This document shows positions 38,501-47,500 of a stretch of DNA of 60,000 nucleotides, piece by piece; the stretch's first letter is position 1; each line of letters starts with the position of its first letter. This DNA comes from Schmidtea polychroa (lineage: Eukaryota). The notes beneath the pieces were generated by a model, which had not been told where the DNA came from, did not search any database, and was given only the letters and a program-made list of their open reading frames with translations. The position numbers and the translations under genes were made by a program. The DNA is taken from positions 49,664,001 to 49,724,000 of the forward strand of contig CM097885.1 in the NCBI GenBank assembly GCA_044892525.1. Direction: 5' to 3'.

Positions 38501-41500
38501 TATTGCTAAGGCTTCTCTTTCTGTGACCGAGTAATTCTTCTCGTGTTTTTTGAACGTCTTGCTATAATATCCGATGACTCTTTCTCTTTTCTCCTCATCC
38601 CATTGTCCTAGCACAGCTCCTGATGCGTATCCACTTGCATCAGTTGCTAATAAAAAAGGCTTTTTGAAATCTGGGTGGATTAAGATAGGCGAGGCTATTA
38701 GTTTATCTCTGAGCGATTCGAAAGCTATTTGCTGTTCCCTTTCCCACAGAAATGGAGTATCTTTTTTTGTTAGTTCTTGAATTGGTTTTGCGATAGTTGC
38801 ATAATTTTTGATAAACTTGCGGTAGTATCCGCATAATCCCAGAAATTCTTGTACCTGAGTCACGGTTTTTGGTATCGGACAATTCTTTATTTTCTCAACG
38901 TTTCTCGGATCTGGTTCTTTTCCTTTTGCCGACACAATGTGTCCTAAAAATGTGACTCTCTCCTTTGCCCAGTCGCATTTTGACGGTTTCAATTTCAGCT
39001 TCCATTGTTTCAGTCTTATGAATACGTTTCTGATGTCGATTAAGTGTTGCTCGAAAGTACCTGAATAAATTAACAGATCATCGATATACACCATACATTG
39101 TTTGATCCCGTGTGTCACAAAGTTCATACATCTCTGAAACGAAGCAGGTGCGTTTGTTAATCCAAATGGCATCTTTTTAAACTGATATAAATCTTTTCCG
39201 ATGGTAAAGGCTGTCTTTTCTCTATCTTCCTCTTTAACTTTAATTTGCCAGTATCCACTCTTTAGATCTAAAGATGTAAAGTATGCTGCTCCATGCAACA
39301 TCTGTAACATTTCGTTTATGTCTGGCAGTGGATATGTATCTCTTTTTGTTACTGCGTTCAACCTCCGATAGTCAATACAAAATCTCTGTGTGCCATCTTT
39401 CTTTTTGACCATTACCACTGGGAATTGCCATGGTGAGCAACTAGGTTCTATTACCCCAGCATCTAACATCTTTTGTACTTCTTCCTCTGCTATCGTTTTT
39501 TGTGCTTCAGCCAATCGATATGGTCTTAACGTTATGGGTGTCTCATCTGTTAATGGTATAATGTGTTGAGTTACATCGCTAGTACCCAATTCCAAATCTG
39601 AAGCCGCAAAAATATCTTTAAACTCAATCAGTAGTTGTCTGAGTTGTTCCTTTTCGTCTTTATTTAGGAGTTCGCTATCGATGGTCCATAATTCTTTTTC
39701 GTCTGCTCCCTCGCTTTTTATCTCCGGTAGCTCAATGTTCATCATTGGTGTGAGTTTTCCAAGTCTCTCGTTTTCGTAGATTACTTTATCTTCCTCATCA
39801 AAATTGGTGATATTGATGGGTATCTCGTTATCCTCATTTATACTGACAATTTCTCTTGCCAATGGCAGCTCCCTTCTCTTCTCGAATTTTTGACTTGGTT
39901 CAAATATCATATCTCCTTTGGCTTCGTTATCGACCTTGACATAACATATTGTCTGGGTACGTGCTGGTATTATCATTTTTTCGGAGCATCTCACTTCTGT
40001 TCTCATTGTGCATATCTGTCCAGTTTTATCTTTTAATTTCATGGAACTCAAATCAATCACAATTTCTTTCAATAATTCCGGCATTACATCTGTTCCAATT
40101 ATACATGATACGCTTAGCTGTCTAATGACTGCGAGGTACGTTGTAACTTTAACCCCTTTATATTCAATCGTTGACCATACTCTTCCTACCACCGCTATGG
40201 ATTGTTTGCTGCATGTTATTACATCCATGGTTGTCTCTTCAATGCATGGCCATAGTCTGCCTGGTAGCATATTCATATTTATTGCCGAAATATTTGCTCC
40301 GGTATCGATCATTGCATCCATTTCTATTCCGTTTACTTCGACCGTGATGGTTAATGATGGTCCGGCTGGTGTCTGCAATACCGCAATCGTTCGTGTCTCC
40401 ACTTCTTGTTCTACACTTTTAGCCTGTTTGATCATCGTTGGATCCATTGCTGCCCAATTTGGTTCATAAGCTGTTGGATAAATGTTCGGTATGGGTAATC
40501 TTCCGGTTCCCATTCTTATCCGTTCTCTCATTGTTCCTGGTCGTCGCATTGGTCCATTAGTTGGTGCTTGTAAATATGGGGTCTGTGAATACGGTGATCC
40601 CCATGGTTTCATTTTTTCGTTTTCCCAAGTGGCTGTATTTTTATTTATCAACATTGCTCCTCCTTGGTTATTATCATCGTCGTTGAAATCATCATTGTCG
40701 TTGTCACTATCATCGTCTCGTCTGAGGTTCATCCACTTTTTCCACTTCCCGGTTCTTTTTGCTTTCTCTTGAGTTCTTTCTGCTTCTAATCTCATTATCA
40801 CTTTGAACTTACGTCCGACTTCTTCGTCTGTCCCTTTCATTTGCGTTAGTATTTTCAACAATCTTTTTATTCGATGAATATCCTTTGAGTGTCCATGCAA
40901 CACCATTGTTTTCGCTAAGAACGGTAAGAATCCAATTGCAAGTTTCCAATTTACTTTTCTCTCGCGCTTATAGATGTCAAAACATGCTAGCATCTGGGTT
41001 AGTATTACTCTGACTATTTGTATTATCAGAATAATTCCGAGTATTCCTGCCATCATTTGGCCAAATACCAAAAATCGACCCCACATAGCCTTCATCATGT
41101 TTGCTGTTGCTTGTTGATAGTGACTTGGTGATAATAATAGCTCGTAATTTGGGCTCTCCCCATAATTATTTCCTCCAGAAATAGTCACTATATTTGATAG
41201 GATCGCTTGTCTGTGTGCTGGGAATAACATGTGGGCCCTTGCTGATTCAAGATCTTTTGGTGTATATAATCCACTCTGTGATACGTCTATCGGCTTGAAC
41301 TCTAATTCTGTTGTTAGTTCCGTCAATCCAAATTTCTTGGGTGTCACTACGATTGTTTTACTTGGAAATTGAACCCATTGTCCATCTTCTTTTTCATACA
41401 TTGGTCCATATGCATTACTGCAATTAAACAGATTTGGCTGAAACCCTACCGGGTTCATTATCCTAGTGACTGCTTGCACAAACCTGGGTTTACCTTCGTG

Positions 41501-44500
41501 AATAATTTCGAGTTCGTTTGCACACTTATCCCTTGGTATTGTAGGGTTTTCCGGCAATCTTGCCATTATCTTTTTGCATTGGTAGGTGTACATCACTTCG
41601 CCCACGATTCGTCCGAAATATCCTTCCTGTAATGGTAGTAGTGGAATTGCGTTATCTGGATTTGTAATCGCCATTGCTAATTTTGTTCTCAATATTTCTT
41701 TGTTGAGCAGGCAATCGTTTCTTAACAGATCATGGTAGACTTTTTCCGTGGATGTTAATCCTCTGTGATATAAGAAATCCATCTTATTATTAGCGTATAA
41801 ATATAATTTGACATCCTTTTCGCTTAGTCTTCCGACTGCATTTGCTAGGGTTCTCCGCGACAAGTAGATCCCTTTATAATTGGTGCTGATCACCATCTCA
41901 TCGCATTTACTCACCATTTTGTTCTTTATGAACCTCATTCCTATTCCATCGTCTTTGGAGATTATCGCTGTGGGTGTTACTTCCGATTCCAATTTCGATG
42001 TTATTACGTCTTCCCTGAATCCTTTCCTTGCTCTCAATTCTTCCATCGCTCGTCTCTCTGCTTCTCCTTTTGGTTCACTGTACACTTTCCCTTGGATTTC
42101 TTCGAATATTGCTGTCTTGAGTAACATTAGTCGACATACTTTCTGATCTGCGTGGTATACCAGAGTTGACATTCCGGTTGAACATGATCGATCTGATGCG
42201 AGACAGCTTGGGTATTTCTTCATTGCTTGCGTGTCAGGGTCAAAGTAGCCTTGATACTTTTCCAATTTAGCTTCGTAACTTTCTATTACGACCACTCCAC
42301 TAACCAGTTGTCCGTTCAAGGTGTATGTTCCTGTCTCACATGTTCCGTCTCCTTTAGTGATTCTGCCCGCCGTATATACGCGAGTCGTTTTTATTTTTCC
42401 TGGTTCTGCAGCGATTTCAATCCCTTGCCTTAAGTGGATTCTCCCTGATCGGAACCCTTCCTCGCATTCCTCTCTTGATAGTAATATTACTGTCGATTCC
42501 AATCCTGGTTCTATGATTGTTGAGTGTGAGGATGAACCGCAGTGATGTGCGAATATCTTTCTGGTTACCGTACACTCTTGGACCATAGTTTTGATGAAAT
42601 CTGCTTCTTGATATACGTTGTACGAGACTGATGCCATGACTGTTTGTAATTTTCTTGGGTTTGCCGCTTTACAGTCTTCCGTATCCTTTAATGAATATTT
42701 CTCATGGATTTTTATGTTGTCGCAGTCGTATACTGCAAATGACTCCGTTCCTTTGATACACATCATCCATATCAATATCGTGGTTATTATGGCATTCATT
42801 CCCTTTCGACTTGCTCTTGGGTCGTTTATATTGATTGTTCCTTCGAATTCAGTTAGCAAATCGCGTAACTTTGCTTGCATCATTTCCGTTTGATCTTTCT
42901 TCCCAGTTGATTCGATGAAGCTTCTCCATCCCCCTTGTTCAAGTATATAGGGTTCTATTGATCGTTTAATTATTTCTGTTACTGTGAATTCGTAACCCGT
43001 TGCGTTATATTTTGGCATTCGTTTTTTATATTGACCGATAACGTTATATACTAAATATGCTAATCCCACTAAAAATCGATTTTGGTCCTCTGATCTGCTT
43101 AATAGATGTTCCACAATTAATCTGAGTTCCACGGGATCTTTTAACGTTAATCGAATTTTATTATCCATGATTTTCATTATTATCGGTTTCAATACTGCCC
43201 ATAATTGCTTGGCTTCGGTCGGAATATTATCCTTCCTCATGACTCTTTTCACTTCTGGATTTGCTAATGCTAACATGTTGGCTAATAGGTCATTTATCCA
43301 TCGTGTCCCTTGTTCTCGGACGCTTGTCTTCACTTTCACTTGTTTTACTAATGCACTTAGTTTATCCATTTTAGTTTTTACCTGCTCCATTTGCGCCTGA
43401 ACTTTGGATTTTGGTTCGATCTCTGCTTTATCTGTTTTTGGTCTTCCTCTTGTTCGTCGATCCATAGCTGTTCCGGTTTCTTTCCGTTTTGGCGGATTGT
43501 AAGTTGTATCTTTTGACGTGGTCGCTCCTGGATCTACTCTCCAGTTGCTCCATTCATCGGTTGTGGTTACATCTTTATTGGCATCTCTTTCCACGTTATC
43601 TAAATCCGTCTCGGCTTCCGTCGTTTCCACTGGTTGTCTCTGCGCGCATACAAATCCATCTAAATCATCAGTTGTCAGTTCACCTTCGTCGATAAATAGA
43701 TCTCCTGATTGCGATGCTCTCATAATCTCGCCTGCTTCTACTATCTCTTGTAATTCATCCAGTATTTCGTCTTCTCCCGTTGTTTCGATCGTCACTTCAC
43801 TAACCGCATTTGGAACTTCTGGTGTGTCCAAACTTCCTGGCTGTTGGGTGGATGATTTTTGCTTTATCTCTCTTCTCCTTAGCTCTCTACCTGCAATTTT
43901 ACTCACCGTTAATCTGTTCACAATTTCTCCTTGGAGTGGTGTCACACCAATCTCAATATCGTCGTCTAATGATCGTCCCTCGTGTTGTAAGTGGAATGGG
44001 AGTTCATAAGGTATTCTCTTTTTAACTTCTCTGACTTTAGCTGTCGTATAGAATTCCTTTTCCATTGGTTCAAAATCTGGCATGAATATTTTTAATTGAT
44101 ATTTCTCAGGTGAGTTTTCGGCCCACTCTTGTTGTTTCCATTTCCGGATAATTTCACCAAATTGTTCAGGGTACCATACGTACACCCGTCGATATTCTTC
44201 AATCGCTTTAACGATTTTTCGTAGGTTTTGAATCCTTTTGCATGATTCGGCTATCCATTTTGCTAGTTCTACCACCGCTCGTCGACGATTTTTCGCCCCG
44301 TTTTGTAATATCTCCATCAACTCCTTACATTTTTGTGCTTCCAACAATGTTGCTGCTTCTTCCTCATCTGCGTCGGCGTCTATTGGTAGATGTCCTGAAT
44401 CAGACACTCTTCTCCTCATCATACAGATTCTCGGTTGATTTTCTGGTATGTTCAGTCGTTGGTTCATTTCTTGTTCTGTTTCAACTTCTACTCTGATCTG

Positions 44501-47500
44501 GATAGCATTGTTTTTCACAAATTTTGACTGCTCATTCTCAATGTAACTTAGACGTATTAATTTAGGTGTCCCAGAAGCGATATTTTCTGATGTTGTTGGT
44601 CGTTGATAGCAGGCGCTCCTTGGATCTGGTTTCAATGTTTCTTTATGCATGTTAAGGCTATCTTTCAATGGTTCGATTGCTATCGTCACTTTTCTGCTAA
44701 ACGGCCATGGTACCTTGTCGTCATAATTTCCTTTGCAGATGACGAAGAATGCCGACACATAATTTCCTTTACCTATCCCGTCTCCGTTCGGGTATATTCG
44801 CAATTTCATCTTGTACTCACCTAATCCTGAGTAGAACGGTGGACTTACTACTCGTGTGATTTTCTCTTCCTTTGCTGATTTTATCTTTTCCATCCAATTC
44901 TCAATTTTCCACGTGAATGGTGCTAACCTTACTGGTTCTCGTATCTCCTCATCTTCTCCTGATGGTAATTCATTTTGGAATTCTTGTGGTAATATATCCT
45001 GGTAAGTATCGATCGGTTTCTCTCTTACCCATACTGCTGCGATCTCTTCGGGTATATTATCTATCCAATTTGGTTCCAACTTTTGCTGCTCCCAATCCCA
45101 TCGAGCTTCGCTTTCGATCCACACTTTTTTCCATGGTATCAGTTTGCAATCTTCGTCATTGAAGGCTGCTAGTTTTAGTTTATCATCCTTTAGCCAATGG
45201 TTATAAATATCTATTATTCGATCCATCTTTGCCCTCATTCCCCATTGGAATCTTTTAATTTGTTGCTCGGTTTTCGTGGCGTTTTTGTGCCCACCAGATG
45301 GTTCATCCATCGCGATTATATTGATGACGGCTCCATCTTCCCAGATTCCTAGTTCGTAAATTACAGTTCGGTCTCCTCTTTCTAGCATGTGCCGGTTGTA
45401 CATTATTATCACATCTTCGATCATTCCATCCTCACTATTTTCTCGAGCTTTTTGGATGATCTCTTGATCTATGATTTGCACTAACTCGTCAACTTGGCAA
45501 TCGGGATTAACTTCTATTATTTGTTTCTCTTCATTTGGCAACTTCACCTTTATTTTTATCGTTTCATGCTCGCATTTGGTTCTCTCGTATTCTCCGTATT
45601 TAGATATCAATTCTGTCGCTCGTTTGTCTTCGAATCTCATAATTTCCGTGTCTCGTACGTCTTTAACAAATTGTTTCATTAGTTGTGGCCATCTTTCTCT
45701 CAATCTATTAATGTATTTCCTTGTCTGATCGATAGCTTGTTTGACTAAGATTATTTGGTTTTCTTTCATTATTTTTCGTTCGATCTTTTCCAATTCTGGT
45801 TCTACTTCATTGTTAAACACTTGTTGGATTTTCTTGAACATCTCTGCTACCGAGTCGTCATCCCTGGTTTTCTCTAAGGTTAAGATGTTAGTTTCGTTTG
45901 GCCATATCATCGCATCTACCAAATGTATGCCTATTTTAACTTTGTAACCATCGACATATAATTGTTTATTTTTATGGCTCGTTCCCATTTTTTCCTGTAC
46001 CCAGTTGTACAGTTCATCGGTATTTGTTCCTTTTAATTCGATAGTCTGTATCTGAATCTCGGGGTGTTGAATGCTTACTTGATATTGATCTGGGCCTGCT
46101 TCCTTTAGTTTCTCTTTATATTTTGTTGCTAAATCTTTCCATGCTGCCGTTATTATACCTCCTTCACACTGGTATACTTGAGTTATAAATTTTAAGCATT
46201 TTCTGTATGTTAACTCGTTGATGTAGCTCTCATTTCGCTCTATTTCTGTTACTGTGTCGAGAATTTCCTCGAATATCTCTTCTTCATCTTTTTCTATCAT
46301 TGATTTCATGTCATCATTTTCACTCTCCTCACTACTTTGAGGTGTTTCACTGTTTGGAGGTGTTTTCGGTTCGTTATTTTCCTCACTTGACTGAAATAAT
46401 TCGCCTCCCAGGCTACTCACCTCACTTTTCTCATCTTCCTGATCCGTCTGATCGCTCCGCATTTGTCTCAGCATGTTTATTTTAGCTTTGGTATGTGGTT
46501 CCTTCTTTTCAAACCACTCATTTTTCCTGAACCAATGCTCTTTCACTTTTTCTTTTATTTGTTCCTCAGTTAATGTAGGATTTTCGTTTTTGATTCTGTC
46601 CTCGATTTTTTGTAGTAGTACCCTCTGAATTCGATTTTTTGTAACTATCTCATTGCTTTTTGGTTCGTCTTTACTCTCATCTCTCTTTTGTCTCCTTTCT
46701 TTCTCCTCTTTGGTAAATTCTTTAATCAATTGTATTTTCTCTTCACTGCTCAATTCTGTTCGTGGATCGATCTCATTTTCTTTTGTCGTTTTTATCTCCT
46801 TGTTTATTATCGGTTCACTCCCGTCGTTGTTAACACACTGCTCCGCAGTGTGCGATTCCTCTTTATTTGTTAATCTCATCATATTTATTCTTCCGGGATT
46901 CGCTTCCCGTTGTTTCCATCTTTCTTGAATTTCTCTGGCTTCCTCGTTTTGTAATCTTTGCCATTCGACTCGTTGCTGATCTTGTTGTTGCTTACTTGGT
47001 TGGTTCCGGATTTCCTCGGTGCTCTGCATCATGTTGATTCGTTGTTGTTGGTTATTAGTCGGTATTCGCAGGATCATATCTTTTAATTGTTCGATTTCCT
47101 GCATGAGGTTGATTTGTGTGTTCTGAACTGGATTGTTTGATCCTGGTTGATTTGGTTTGGTTCTCATCGTGCATTCTCTTGCCATGTGTCCAGGCTGATT
47201 ACAATTGTAGCAGGTTCTGGTTCCTCCTCTGCTCATAGACATCATGGGTCCTCTGCAGACATTTTCCGTGTGGCCTCTTCTCCCACACTTTTGACACATC
47301 CTTGCTTTATAACATTCATTGCTCCAATGCCCTGGTCGTTGGCATATGTTGCACGTTCGATTGTTGATGTCGTTGTTCCTGAAATTATTAGTAAAATTTT
47401 GAATATTACCTCCATTGTTTTGGTTTCTTGTTTGTGGAGTTTTGAACAACTGTTGCGATCCTGGGATGAATTGATTCATTACTGGATTTGCATTATTGAC

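Noticed and set aside
39740..40000. dUTPase-like segment between PR and RT
   Set aside because: Only a faint resemblance (IIPART..., VIYENERLGKL) without the catalytic motifs. Similar spacers are common in gypsy Pol.
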